Origin: an uncultured Nitrososphaeraceae archaeon
GTDB taxonomy: Archaea; Thermoproteota; Nitrososphaeria; Nitrososphaerales; Nitrososphaeraceae
Direction: 5' to 3'
DNA: 64,000 nucleotides
Assembly (NCBI GenBank): GCA_963825865.1
Contig: CAWGVG010000015.1
Span: 128,001 to 192,000, forward strand
Under the pieces are notes generated by a model. The model searched no databases. It was not told the origin of the DNA and saw nothing but the letters and a program-made list of their open reading frames with translations. Below, piece after piece: positions 23,720-34,933 of the stretch. Each line of letters begins with the position of its first letter. The stretch's first letter is position 1. The position numbers and the translations under genes are program-made.

Positions 23720-24040
23720 AATAACAATAAACAGTTTTTTATTAATCAAATAGTGTGGTTTGGGATATCCTTTGGTATAATCTTGATCATTTCTTTATTA
23801 TTACCATTTCCGATCTCTCTAGTTGCAATATTTGGAATATTTATTTTGCGTAATATGTATAGGAGAATGAGTCGCACGAGTGGAAGGAGCAGAAATGCTT
23901 GGCTCAACACAATCGATGTTTAGCATCAGCAATAATACTAACGTTTCATCATTGAAGTATTATTGTATAAGCTGCGGAGCAGAACATAATGAAGCAGCAT
24001 GTCGTAGATGCGCTTCTAAGATGAAAAAGGTGGGATTGTG
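23720..24040 (+). pseudogene. Small membrane protein with Zn ribbon (broken)
   Basis: Hydrophobic LLLPFPISLVAIFGIFIL followed by YYCISCGAEH...ACRRCASKMK. Confidence 0.4.
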
Positions 24041-24301
24041 ATTAGCATATTTAGACGTTGGAAACCAAAAGGGAAAATGTACAGCTTAAGATGTAATCAG
24101 TGCGGATCTGGCTTTCTTTCTAGCTTCAACCTTGATGCACCAATTTGCTGCAAATGTTTGCAAAAAGCTAAATCCCTAGACTCAACTGTCGACAATGAAA
24201 AGGTATGCAGCAAATGTGGTAAGAGTGGAGTAATTTATGGAAAGGAAATGTGCCATTCTTGCTATTTTGGATTCGAAAAGAAAGAAGAGGCTTTACGATA
24301 G
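24038..24301 (+). CDS. Small Cys-rich Zn-finger protein
   Basis: Four CxxC pairs in 87 aa. Confidence 0.5.
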   Translation: MISIFRRWKPKGKMYSLRCNQCGSGFLSSFNLDAPICCKCLQKAKSLDSTVDNEKVCSKCGKSGVIYGKEMCHSCYFGFEKKEEALR

Positions 24302-24742
24302 ATAACCGACCTGGATTTTACATATTGAAAGCACTACTAATCAAATGGATCGTAAACAATTGGCAGGAATTCTACTTTGACATTGTTGCAGATAGGACAT
24401 TAGCTCCAGGTAGCAGGTATTATTTATGAAGTAGGCAAAGAAGAAACCATTTATAAAAAAAGATTTTCGTCTGACATTTTCGATACGTATTCGATGAAGC
24501 TTTTGGTTAATGATGACTATGTAAGAGGTTAGATGAAAAACACCCATGGAAGCGCCAAGAATCAAAATTGATTTTCAGATTAAATGAATAACGCTAATTC
24601 ACAATACTATTAAAAAACTACATAACTTGATAATGAAACAAAAAGTCAGAGATAAAAAATGAACCGTGGATACTAACGGGCCTAGCATCTTTGACGCTAA
24701 TTGACATAATGCAAAGAATGGGAAGACGAGGAGAAGATAACT

Positions 24743-24820
24743 ATGGCAGATCATTTTGATGCACCTGGTTTGCAAACCACCTAATATGGACGCCCACATA
24801 GATATATGCGATATATATAT
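24743..24820 (+). pseudogene. N-terminal fragment of a DUF4331-like protein
   Basis: MADHFDAPGL..PPNMDAHIDICDIY, then an abrupt end. Confidence 0.4.
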
Positions 24821-25137
24821 TAATCGTCATGATTTCTAATTGTTGTCCCGATGCTGCTTTGTTCAAGCGCAATCTTGTGCAAATAGTGCACAGGATAAAT
24901 CATATTATGACCAAACTTCAAATCTTTAACATGACACACGTTAATGGAGTTTCCCTTACAACATGGCCTATATCAGGGGAATCAAGTGCTTTTACACCTT
25001 TATTGAAATACTTGCCTGATGTCATGTTGTATAGTCAGATGGATCTCTAATAGTTTTCCTCACCGATATATCAAACTGAGATGTGGTTAGTATTGATTAG
25101 CACATCACATTGAAAATAATAAAAAGGAGATAGTAAA

Positions 25138-25278
25138 ATGCCAATAGATCCAGACTTTCCAAAAAACTATCAAGTGATTGGTAAGCACAAGAATGCTGAT
25201 GGTCAGAATTATCATTATGTTTGGGGACCAGGAAGGCTTTCTGATGCTGCAGAAAATGAAGAGGCAACAGCAGACTAA
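25138..25278 (+). pseudogene. N-terminal fragment of a thaumarchaeal ferredoxin-like protein
   Basis: MPIDPDFPKNYQVIGKHKNADGQNYHYVWGPG with AGGAG SD; no Cys cluster remains. Confidence 0.45.
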
Positions 25279-25345
25279 AAATAAACAGGTTCCTGTTCAC
25301 TTGTTAATAAACAAATTGATGATATAATACTGTGTATAGCACAGT

Positions 25346-25534
25346 ATGGAAATCAACAGAAATAAAGATGAATTATCCGCAGAAACAGTTCTTGTACTGC
25401 AAGGAGGAGGTTCACTTGGCGCATATGAATGTGGAGTATACAAAACCCTTGCAAAACATAACATAAAATTCGATATCGTGTCAGGTACATCGATTGGAGC
25501 TCTTAATGCAACAATAATAGCTGCTCGCTTCTAA
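25346..25534 (+). pseudogene. Patatin-like phospholipase, N-terminal fragment
   Basis: LVLQGGGSLGAY and GTSIG motifs; truncated at 62 aa. Confidence 0.8.
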
Positions 25535-25823
25535 TAACTTCCTGCAAAACCACTACTCAAAATTGCTATAAATGAATTGGGCTAGCGTAATAATAATTAT
25601 CATCCAACAACATATCGCGCAGTTAGGATTTAAGGCATTAACTCGTCATATGATTTGCAATGTAAATGCAACGCATGGAATAAAAAGACTAAGATGAATA
25701 TAAGATAGAAGATAATCTGAAAATTCTCTGATTGAAAGCTAAACGAAAGACTTGACATGACCATTATCAAAGATTAAATAAGAACAGTTCCAAATTCGAT
25801 TAGTCGAATATTAATTGTCATCA

Positions 25824-26345
25824 TCAGTATCCTGTAAACTCTTCAACTTTGATTCTTTCTTTTGAGATTTCTAATTCTTCTTGGAGCAGTGATTGCATAG
25901 CTTTTAGCATGCTAGGAGGACCACAGATATAGAATATTGAATTATTTAGTTCATTAGTATCTACGTACTTCAAAATCATTGCTTTGTCTATTCTCCCATA
26001 TTCTCCTTTCCAATCATTTTTTGCAGTAGATAATGATGTTTTTTCACGTCGATCTTCTTCTTCTCCTTCGCTAATAGTATAGATAACCTTCAGATTTTTA
26101 TTTATGTTCGCCCAGTCATCAAACTCTCTTTTGAATAAGATGTTGCTAATATTCCTATTGGAGTCAAACATTGTTATTTTTACGGGCAGCTGCTTATCTG
26201 TAGCATACTTTATCTTAGTTCTAAATGGAGTAACACCTATTCCACCAGAAAGAAATACAGCAGGAGTTGAATAATCTTGATGTAATACAAATTGGCCCTC
26301 AGGACCTTTTACCTTGACTTTTGCGCCTTCCTCTAAATTTGAAAG
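25824..26345 (-). pseudogene. Ferredoxin-NADP reductase-like FAD/NAD oxidoreductase, 5'-truncated
   Basis: KGPEGQFVL, FLSGGIGVTPFR, FYICGPP.M, C-terminal EEFTGY. Confidence 0.8.
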
Positions 26346-26379
26346 TCTCTTTTTTTTCTGTTTTCGGAGGTGAAATGAA

Positions 26380-26571
26380 ATTGAATTTAATTAGTATGCC
26401 TACAAGAGCATACAGACAATGGAAGTATAATTGATTTAACTAATATCCCTTGTAAAAAGGAAAGTGATCAAACCGGTAGTTTCAAATCAATTTAGACTCG
26501 AGCAAGCTATTGACGCATTGGAAATGTTAAGAGTTGGTAAAATAATCGGGAGATCAGTAATAAACCCGTGA
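26380..26571 (+). pseudogene. Zn-dependent alcohol dehydrogenase C-terminal fragment
   Basis: IKPVVSNQFRLEQAIDALEMLRVGKIIGRSVINP*. Confidence 0.6.
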
Positions 26572-26915
26572 AATAATTAAAAGCAATAAGTACTCCAAAA
26601 TAAAGGATGTTACGAACATCTCAGGTGATGAGTGCAAGAGTCAATCGAGAAGTAGTAAAATTTTCAATCAACTTTTGGCTTTCATAGCTTATCTATCAAG
26701 ACAGAACCAAATACACCAACGTACGATACTTCTTTCTGTTTCACACATATATAATAATTGAGCGCCTAAGAGAAAATATGCTTTGTAGAAAACATGCTTT
26801 TGATAGATTCCATCAAAGCTAACGCAATGCGATAGAAATAAAGACATCAAGGTCGGCGAAGGTCTTCAGTATACAGGGCTAAAGGGATCAGCGTCTAATA
26901 CACTCCAAGCAGGCC

Positions 26916-27449
26916 TTACTTTATGAATACTACTCCGATGCTCGCAACTTCAATTTTCACGGGCGGTAGAGGTGGTGGAGGATCTTCCTTTGTATCTACT
27001 CTATTATTTAGATGGATTGAAACACCCAAACCAAATTTGAAACTCCTTGGTCCAGGCACTTCAAGTGAAATAGTATTCCAGTTATTAAATGAGGTGATAG
27101 CCAAAGGGTTAAATTCATGAACTACATTTTCACCATCTTTTATTCCAACTTTATCAATCCCTCCAAACGGACTATCTCTAGTACGAATTCTGAGCTTCAC
27201 AGATTTGATTTTCCATTGCTCGCCGCTTACATTTGGGGATGGTACATTAGTCCAAATCCAATTTTGTTGGCCGTTACTTAGTATTATACTGAAGGTTAAA
27301 CCTCCCACCCGAATCTGCCCTACTTGTGGATTATCTGGAGATATTGAAGTGTAGCCTATCCATAGTTCTTGAATTTGAGTTGTTGGATGCGACAATAAAC
27401 TAGAAACCGTTATCAAGTATATAGATTTTTCACAGATTGTTAAGCCCAT
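26916..27449 (-). CDS. Hypothetical beta-rich protein
   Basis: 177-aa ORF; no family recognised. Confidence 0.45.
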   Translation of the reverse strand: MGLTICEKSIYLITVSSLLSHPTTQIQELWIGYTSISPDNPQVGQIRVGGLTFSIILSNGQQNWIWTNVPSPNVSGEQWKIKSVKLRIRTRDSPFGGIDKVGIKDGENVVHEFNPLAITSFNNWNTISLEVPGPRSFKFGLGVSIHLNNRVDTKEDPPPPLPPVKIEVASIGVVFIK

Positions 27450-27535
27450 TATTCTGTCTAATTAGGATCTATATTGAAATTCATATATTGTACATCTAGT
27501 TTACAATATATGCATTGGCCTAAAATTAAAGAATC

Positions 27536-27808
27536 TTGGAACCTTGTGATAAACATATCAGCAAAGATATCAAAGTTAGCGAGCTGTTTCATTTCACAGC
27601 AACCAAGGTTCAGGTAAAGCATCTAGATCATCTTTTCAGGATATACATCAAGTCAATGGGAAAGGACCCTGTATGCAGAGTAGAAGAAACCAAGTCTCCT
27701 AAAAAACCTGCTATTGCATTCAAACATTTCATAAACAATGTTTTCAATCCACCACAAAGGTTTGATATGGTAGACAAAATAGGTTGCGAATGCAAGAAGG
27801 TAAGATAA
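27536..27808 (+). pseudogene. Hypothetical protein fragment
   Basis: 90-aa ORF without a clear start. Confidence 0.3.
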
Positions 27809-28454
27809 TACTAATGTCAGATTCTTGTTCTTCCGACTCAGGTGCAGACTCGAGATATGAATCATATATTAGAATGCAAGGGTATAGATGTATCTTCTCT
27901 TTTATCTGAAAGGGAAAAGAGAGAAAGAAAAAAGACTTCCTCAAAATTCTTAGCAGATGCGTTGCTAGTAAATGACGGAGAATGTATAGCCTATTATCCG
28001 GTTCACACAAATTAATCAACTAACATACAACATACTTCTTCGGCGCCGAAACAATTTGCCAATTGTAAAAATTCAAATAATAAATTGAGGATGGTTTGAT
28101 TAGTTCCATAAGCCCTAACTCTTAACAGGATAGTATCTTTAAATCAAGTTTACAAGCTCATGAATTTATTATAAACCTTTATCTTCAGTCCTGTTCATAT
28201 TCCTTACCGTTGTTAATCTCAATCTAGTTGAATTTAGAATTTGGATTGTAGTTATATGATCTCCTTTTGTAGGAGGAAAAGTCTGTTTTATAGTCTTAGC
28301 CATATAATGGTAACTATAGGTTTACTACATCAATATCAATCATGATGTTTATTCCAAAATTTAGTAACCCTAAATTAGTGCTTAGGATATGCCATAATAT
28401 CCTTAAAACAAATATTTTGTCTTGTTCTTATAAGTCAAAGAATAAATTTTTCTA

Positions 28455-28793
28455 TCAGACGGTAACATTAAAGTTTGTCCAAGCCTGAACGTATGCATTA
28501 GAGATCCTATCGAGCTCATATATGGCATAGTGTCTAGCTGAAACTGATTTTGCGCGGCCTGCCAAAATGTCAGCCTCATTCATATCCATTATCCTGGTCA
28601 TTACATTATAATGGATTCTTCTCAATCCTACAAACATAATGCCTGCAATTTTTTTGGTTATTTGGTGAGCTACATCAATATCGATATCATTGAAGTTTGC
28701 AACTTTGCGAAACTTCTCCCAAATATCGGTTGGTAAAATCGTAAAATAACACTTTTTATGAGCTCTAAACCAATTTATAACAATTATAGTCAC
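28455..28793 (-). pseudogene. C-terminal remnant of an SSV/pNOB8-like archaeal tyrosine integrase
   Basis: LRRIHY...ADILAGRAKSVSARHY resembles the LRK..D.LQGR...SV..RHY catalytic end; the 5' part is replaced by the adjacent IS. Confidence 0.6.
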
Positions 28794-28865
28794 ACCATTG
28801 GATTTATCAATAACATGTAATTTATTACAATTACATCCTCCTAGGTTGTTACATATCTCAGTATT

Positions 28866-29537
28866 ATGAATATAGATGATTTCACAACATTACAGAAATT
28901 TACAGATAGGATCGCAGGTACTATATTAGAAAGAATGATCTCTTCTTTCATTGCCATTCCTCTTATCAATGTCAAGCAGATATTCTTTGGAATAGATTCG
29001 TCTGGATTCAAGTCACCCCGTTTATCACAGGTACTACACAGAAGAGCTAAACTAAGAAGAAGGAAATGGATAAAGTTGTCTATTGGAGCTAAAACAGATA
29101 ATATGCACCATTAAGAAAAGGAGAGCTCCTACAAAACATGACAATATAGATTTTAAATCGATTATAATAACAAAATCACCAGACATTAAGCAACTATCCA
29201 TAGTAGTAGCGGACAAGGGATATGACAGCGAAGCGAACCATGTACTTGTGAGAGAAGACCTCAAAGCATACTGCATCATTCCTCCTAGATACACACATGT
29301 TCCGATATGGAGGACGCATGGCAGGTATTGAAAGCAGATGAAGCGTGGATACTCCAAACTATTGTACAATCAACGTAACAAGGACGAAACCATAATGTCT
29401 GTCATAAAGAGGCTGTTTGGAGAACATGTTTCTTCAAGGCTAAAAACACAGAACAGGGAATTATCATTCAGATGTATAGCCTATAACATGCATAGACTAA
29501 CGAATCTTGTCATTATTGTGATGATTTCTACATAGCC
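28866..29537 (+). mobile_element. Partial IS5-family (DDE) transposase, frameshifted
   Basis: GIDSSGF, HD, VVADKGYDSE, YNQRNKDET.MSVIKR; putative right end TTTCTACATAGCC at 29525-29537. Confidence 0.85.
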
Positions 29538-29563
29538 GATGCTGAAAAAAGTTTTAATATTAG

Positions 29564-30007
29564 CTAATTTGGCACTAGAATTGCCTCACACTGCAATTCT
29601 CCGCCGTGCTTGCAACGGAAGTCTTGAATACATTGTTCGAGGGTTTCATGTCCTGTTTCGTGCGGGATTGGCGAAGGAAATGAATTCTTGCTGATCACCC
29701 TGTTAGTGACCAAGTCTCTTACAATTATTGCCACATTGGCTCCGTCAGTCTTAACTTCACTTTTGAATGTTCGAGTCGTTTTCTTTTTCTTGTTTTTTAC
29801 TTGGGTATACCTTAGGACCAAACCTGTGCCTGCCTTATTCAAATCGATCGGCTTCCGAACAGCGCCGTTCGTCAGTGAAGTTACCACTTTGTTTTCGTCT
29901 TCCTGTAGACTGAAGTTATAACCTTTGACAGTTTTGCCCTTTAACATTCGTAAAAGCTCTTGCTTCCGATCGGCCATTATAGCTCTTCCAGCTGCAAAAC
30001 TAGACAA
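29564..30007 (-). CDS. Hypothetical protein, probably truncated by the IS
   Basis: 147-aa ORF, visibly GC-richer than its flanks. Confidence 0.4.
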   Translation of the reverse strand: MSSFAAGRAIMADRKQELLRMLKGKTVKGYNFSLQEDENKVVTSLTNGAVRKPIDLNKAGTGLVLRYTQVKNKKKKTTRTFKSEVKTDGANVAIIVRDLVTNRVISKNSFPSPIPHETGHETLEQCIQDFRCKHGGELQCEAILVPN

Positions 30008-30185
30008 CAGAAGACGGTTACGCCAGCATTTATCATATATGCATCAAGATGAATTGCGTTATTATTAAACAATTAAGCCCGCTCTTGCTGAATTTAATTG
30101 TTACATATACAGATACAAAAACATGCGCGAGCCTCTGCGTAGACCACCACCATAAATTTTCCTGGAAATAGAAAATGTTTTTAAC

Positions 30186-31016
30186 ATGTTTCTCTTTTTC
30201 AAAAAATATGGTAATAGGCGTTATTTACAATGGCAAGCAGCTCATAAAGATAAAGATGGAGTACAAATGCTATTCCCTTCAAAGAGTGGCGGTAAAGAGT
30301 ATTATTTATCAGATGCAGATAATATTAATGAGGGAAAATTTATTACAACGGATCAAAATAATGCAGAGAAAAAGACCGAAGGTAATTTAGCTTTCTGGAA
30401 GGTTTCAGGTAAGGATGTTCATTATAGTGATCAGTCCATTGGAAAAACAATTCGAGTCAATATTAATGCAGGAGGTGGCCTTGATGGACATCAACAGAAT
30501 ACATGGGAGGATAATCCCAGATATATATGGACAAACAAGGATTCGAAAAATGCAGAATTTACTTATTATATAAGATGCTCTGGAACACAGGCCTCCTGTT
30601 GTGAACTTATTCTAAGAGTAGGTGAAGGTAATGCCAGCCTAAATTATAACTTTGAATACAATCATCCAGACTATGTAAACGATGAAGATGGCATAAAGAA
30701 GCTACAAGCAAATAACGATACTGAAATAGGAAAATGGTTTGGAAGAAAAACTATTGTGTGGACCAATAGTGATGGTAAATCTGTAACTGCGCGGGACTAT
30801 ATAGACCTGGACCCATTCAGTGCAAACGGTAAGCCTAAAAACAACTGGAAGCCGTTACAAGAAAAAGTATTTAGAACTATCAGCAGAGAAACAGAAGATG
30901 GAAAAAAATATAACGTTCCTCCTCTCTGGGGTGGAATGTTTACATCTCGTGTAGATGGTTTCCAAACAGTTGATTACGCAATTGTTTCACTTAGAGAAAT
31001 TAAGAGATTGATATAA
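30186..31016 (+). CDS. Hypothetical protein (possible beta-sandwich carbohydrate-active fold)
   Basis: 276-aa Trp/Tyr-rich ORF (GVQMLFPSKSGGKEY, KNAEFTYYIR, GKWFGRKT); function is a guess. Confidence 0.5.
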   Translation: MFLFFKKYGNRRYLQWQAAHKDKDGVQMLFPSKSGGKEYYLSDADNINEGKFITTDQNNAEKKTEGNLAFWKVSGKDVHYSDQSIGKTIRVNINAGGGLDGHQQNTWEDNPRYIWTNKDSKNAEFTYYIRCSGTQASCCELILRVGEGNASLNYNFEYNHPDYVNDEDGIKKLQANNDTEIGKWFGRKTIVWTNSDGKSVTARDYIDLDPFSANGKPKNNWKPLQEKVFRTISRETEDGKKYNVPPLWGGMFTSRVDGFQTVDYAIVSLREIKRLI

Positions 31017-31071
31017 TAGGAATTTAAAAAATGATAATTATAGGTAAATATAAAGATATGACAATGGAGGT

Positions 31072-31416
31072 TTGATGGATAAATTCGTTCAGACTAATTC
31101 GCCAACAGGCATAAGTTGCAAACGTAATATAACAATGGGTTACTTTGATGGTAACACGGTTACCGCGTTATGGAATTATGCCCAGCATTTTGCAATGAGT
31201 GATAACTTTTTCGGCAGTACCTTTGGTCCATCTACTCCTGGTGCTCTTAATCTTGTGTCAGGTCAGACACATGGAGCAACACCAACTAACATTTCTGATA
31301 ACATAGCAAATGAAATAGCAAATGGAATAGTAATTGGCGATCCGGATCCAGCTAATGATGATTGTTCGAATGGTGACACAGTGTCTATGCATGGAAAGAA
31401 TATAGGTGACCTTATG
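31072..31416 (+). pseudogene. Phospholipase C/phosphoesterase internal fragment
   Basis: MGYFDGNTVTALWNYAQHFAMSDNFFGSTFGPSTPGALNLVSGQT..DPDP..DDCS..GKNIGDLMN. Confidence 0.8.
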
Positions 31417-32291
31417 AATCACTGGCAGCATCCTCTACAAGATAATCTGCAAGAGCTGCCACTTGGGATTCATGCCATTCAGAGTCGACCAAATGACATA
31501 GCCCTGGACTATATCCGCGGCAACATCGTAGACCCTAGACTGTTTATCCCAATCCCAATGAATCTACCTGGACCAGATAACGATCTTAACGAGAAGTTGA
31601 CCACTACGTGCAACGAGCAATGGCCGACGAAAATTCGGTGCTTTACGCGTTTGGTGATACATGGGGACCAGACAATAAGCGCGACAAGATTTTTGGATTT
31701 CAACCAGGGGCTGGTATTCATGATATCCATATGAACCAAGGAAACGATAGCAGACACCGCGGTGACGATGGCGTATGGCAAGACGGCGGTCTGATATTTC
31801 AATTTCCTGGGCAGGATCAGTGGGTCGGAATTCTTCTGCGGTTCCAGTCGCAGGCTTGGCATACTGATGACTCGACGGGACATGCTATTGCAATCCCTAC
31901 TAGTGGTCCTCCCTCGGACGCAATGCCAGCCGTTCGACTCAGTCCCGATACTCTGCCTACTACCGATCGTCCTGATGGGTTAATTCGTATCGTTGCCGCA
32001 CTTGTCAACGATACCAAAAGTCCTGAGCGAGAAACCATAACCTTGTTGAACAGGTCTAATCGTGAGGTATCGCTGAGTGGGTGGAAGATTGGAGACAAGC
32101 AAAAGAATAAGATGTTCCTGGATGGGACGGTCGGTCCAGGTGCAACTAAGACCATTACTGTCGCTGCACCTGTATCGCTATCAAACAAGGGTGGGATTAT
32201 CACCTTGCTCGACGAGCATGGGCTTAAGGTGGATGGTGTGTCATATACACACTCTAAGGCGCGCCATGCAGGTTGGACCCTCACGTTCTAA
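31417..32291 (+). pseudogene. DUF2278/YukJ-family protein + lamin-tail-like domain, 5'-truncated, GC-rich
   Basis: LDYIRGN, GPDNDLNE, GIHDIHMNQGN..DDGVWQDGG..FQSQAWHTDD; then IRIVAALVN..PERE.ITLLN..LSGW.I.D..LSNKGG.ITL. Confidence 0.8.
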
Positions 32292-32379
32292 ATCATTCTA
32301 GAGGGTAGCTCTAACAAGGATTATTGCAAACCGTGAATCCCTTAGCCTAACTTTGCTGACCATGAATTGGCCCGATGGT

Positions 32380-32740
32380 AGCCATATCTGCTATCTTAAT
32401 GGCAGCAACACTAGGTTTCGATACCCGATTGTATTAAATTATTGTCGTATAGAAAGCTGCTTGTAGAACTTGACTATAATGGTCCCGTATCTGATCCTAT
32501 GAAATATATAGCAAGGGTTGCAAATAACGCTAATCTAAGCGAAAAGACAAAGCACCAAGCATTGTATATCATGAAAAGGAAATATATATTGAAAAAGATC
32601 CCATGGGACTTGCAGCAACGGTTCTTTATGTATCATGTGTGAAGACTGGAGAAAAAATAACTCAAGGAAATTGCAAAATCAGCTGGTGTAACAGAAATGA
32701 CATCGATTCAAAGATCTAAAGACTACACTTGAATTAATTA
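32380..32740 (+). pseudogene. tfb: Transcription initiation factor IIB C-terminal remnant
   Basis: SYRKLLVELD..DPMKYIARVANNANLSEKTK..KDPMGLAATVLYVSC.KTGE.ITQ..IAKSAGVTE. Confidence 0.75.
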
Positions 32741-32924
32741 AAGGAAAAGTGGCACTGCAATGTACTTATCATAGTTATCATTGGGGCTCTGATAGATTTA
32801 TCTGATTATTTCAGCGAAATTGGCTGGTGTTGATGAGAGAGATAATATTGTATTGTTAACAGCGGCTTTTAACAATTCGTCATAAAGCAGTTTCCAAAAC
32901 TGCTGGTATAACCTATCTATTTCA

Positions 32925-33167
32925 TTAGCCCGCTGTTGTTGCGATTGTTGACAAAACACCATTTGATATTGTTTGCAGCTTATCCCAGTTTACATTCACT
33001 ATATGCTGAGATTCCAAATACAAAAGAACGGCAAAAAATATCCCCGCTATTACGGCCAATATTTTCATTATACGTTTTATAGTAAAACCAATTAAAAAGC
33101 CCATTATCCCGCCAAAACCAATAGTACTTAAAAGTGGCATAAAGCTAGTTGCAGTTTCTACAGTCAT
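32925..33167 (-). CDS. FUN14-family membrane protein
   Basis: IGFGGIMGFLIGFTIKRIMKILAVIAG..LLYLESQHIVNVNWDKL. Confidence 0.75.
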   Translation of the reverse strand: MTVETATSFMPLLSTIGFGGIMGFLIGFTIKRIMKILAVIAGIFFAVLLYLESQHIVNVNWDKLQTISNGVLSTIATTAG

Positions 33168-33265
33168 TTTTTACCCATTCCTTTACCAAGATAGCTTTCA
33201 ACCGCTCTCCTGATGAATCGGCTCCTTGGAATATCGCCACGCTTTTGGTCGATTTTCTGTATCAT
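33164..33265 (-). CDS. Ribbon-helix-helix protein lacking its N-terminal strand (33 aa), translationally coupled to FUN14
   Basis: MIQKIDQKRGDIPRSRFIRRAVESYLGKGMGKK*; the stop overlaps the FUN14 start (ATGA). Confidence 0.55.
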   Translation of the reverse strand: MIQKIDQKRGDIPRSRFIRRAVESYLGKGMGKK

Positions 33266-33437
33266 CGACTAGTACAATGTACTACACACATAGCTAAAAG
33301 GTTTTTGATAGCAAATTGTTTAAGATTATTATAGTAATATATTGTGTTTGTTTCTTACTTTTCTCTGCAGGCATGAATAATAATAATATAATATTCACAG
33401 ATACAGATAAAAAAATTCAAGCCACCCAAGCTGTGGT

Positions 33438-33704
33438 TTATGGGACCGAATTACTTGCAGTTTGAGAGATTGATCCTGTCGCGGAGGCTGAACTATTATT
33501 GCCGCTCACTGTTTGTTCTTGTGTTATGGTAGCTTGTTGTTCATTGCTTTGGCAATTAAGGGTACTCTCTCCCTTAGCTTTACACTTTACAGCTGCAGTT
33601 GCAGATGCTTCTTGTATTGTCGCTAAATGTATTCCTGTTAAAAGAACTGCCGTTGCCACAAGTGCAATTACACTTACTAGAGTTCTTTTTTTTGTGTTGT
33701 TCAT
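33438..33704 (-). CDS. Small secreted Q/N/S/T-rich protein
   Basis: MNNTKK signal peptide; QSNEQQATITQEQTVSGNNSSASATGSISQTASN. Confidence 0.7.
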   Translation of the reverse strand: MNNTKKRTLVSVIALVATAVLLTGIHLATIQEASATAAVKCKAKGESTLNCQSNEQQATITQEQTVSGNNSSASATGSISQTASNSVP

Positions 33705-34060
33705 ATCTTATAAAAGATATCATCAGTATATTTGGCTTGGCTAAGTTATTACTATTTGTTATATCTGATTTATATAGCATAAATTATTACTTAATTATTT
33801 AGCATAATTATTATCGATCTATTTAGAGAGATTATTTGATATAACAAACAACGATTTGTGTAGCTTTTCAAAAGTATTACCTTTCTATAAATAAGTTCTA
33901 ATAGTTTGGTAACATTAATAATTATATCAAACAATTTAGAGCAAATTACTTTATAGAAATCAGTACTAGATTATACTAAATAAGTCTGTAATAACAAACA
34001 GTAATAACTTGCACAAGTCAAATATATAGACGACATTGTACTGCTTGTGACGAAATCTAA

Positions 34061-34387
34061 ATGAACAACACAAAATCACTAGCAATAGTTGCTGTCTTAA
34101 TAGCGGCAACATTAGTAGTAGGAGTAACGTTCGCAGCGACAACACCAACAGCATCAGCAGCATATGGTCATAAGAAAGGAGACAAGAGAGATGACAAGAG
34201 AGATGCTAATGGTAACACAATTACCGCTCAGATAAATGCACAAAAAGGGTATGTAAGCGGATTTGATAACACACTAGAACAAGAAGCACAAAACGTGATA
34301 TGTACACATCCAGGCAGCAATGCAACCTGTGTAAGTGAAGGGAGCGAATCTACTGCAACTGACACAACTGACAACGGCGGAGAATAG
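34061..34387 (+). CDS. Small secreted protein, divergently transcribed relative of 33438-33704
   Basis: MNNTKS signal peptide; NGNTITAQINAQKGYVSGFDNTLEQEAQNVICTHP...C. Confidence 0.75.
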   Translation: MNNTKSLAIVAVLIAATLVVGVTFAATTPTASAAYGHKKGDKRDDKRDANGNTITAQINAQKGYVSGFDNTLEQEAQNVICTHPGSNATCVSEGSESTATDTTDNGGE

Positions 34388-34837
34388 AATAGCAGCTGTA
34401 GCTGTTACTATGTGGTAAGGTAGTTACTTTACCTTTTTTTCTTTTTTTGCAATAATGTTATAATTAAATAATTCTCCTTGATGACATGGTCATGATTTAT
34501 GTATGTGGTGTAATATCACAGAGACATTTTTTACAAAAAATCGATTTTTGAATACTGTAATATATTTAACCCTTAATTATCCCAAGAGTAAATCCCATTG
34601 CTGTACTACCAGTTAGCGGAATCCCTAGGTTAGTCATTGTATTTGTTATTGGTAAGATAGGCAGCTACACTCCTGTCTCTTGTAATAGGAGATTGCTATA
34701 TTATACTAATCATAGATAATATTTGACATACAGAATAGTTATACGAAATAAATCAGCAATAACTTACTCAAGTCAAATATACAGATGACGTCTCATTCAG
34801 AATATAAATGAACAACTACAGTCAACTACAAAAAGGA

Positions 34838-34933
34838 CTACTCTAATAATAGCTGTATAATTGATTTAGGTAAAGTGATTCCTAGTTTTACAGTCTTATC
34901 CATTGTAGCAGCAACAATAGTGTTACTCGTCAT
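34838..34933 (-). pseudogene. N-terminal half of an RHH protein
   Basis: MTSNTIVAATMDKTVKLGITLPKSIIQ, then a junction; it sits behind the second copy of the 80-bp repeat. Confidence 0.5.

Noticed and set aside
27744-28019. LRHLLATHLL looks like tyrosine recombinase box II
   Set aside because: No other catalytic motifs in frame; likely a chance match on a non-coding strand.
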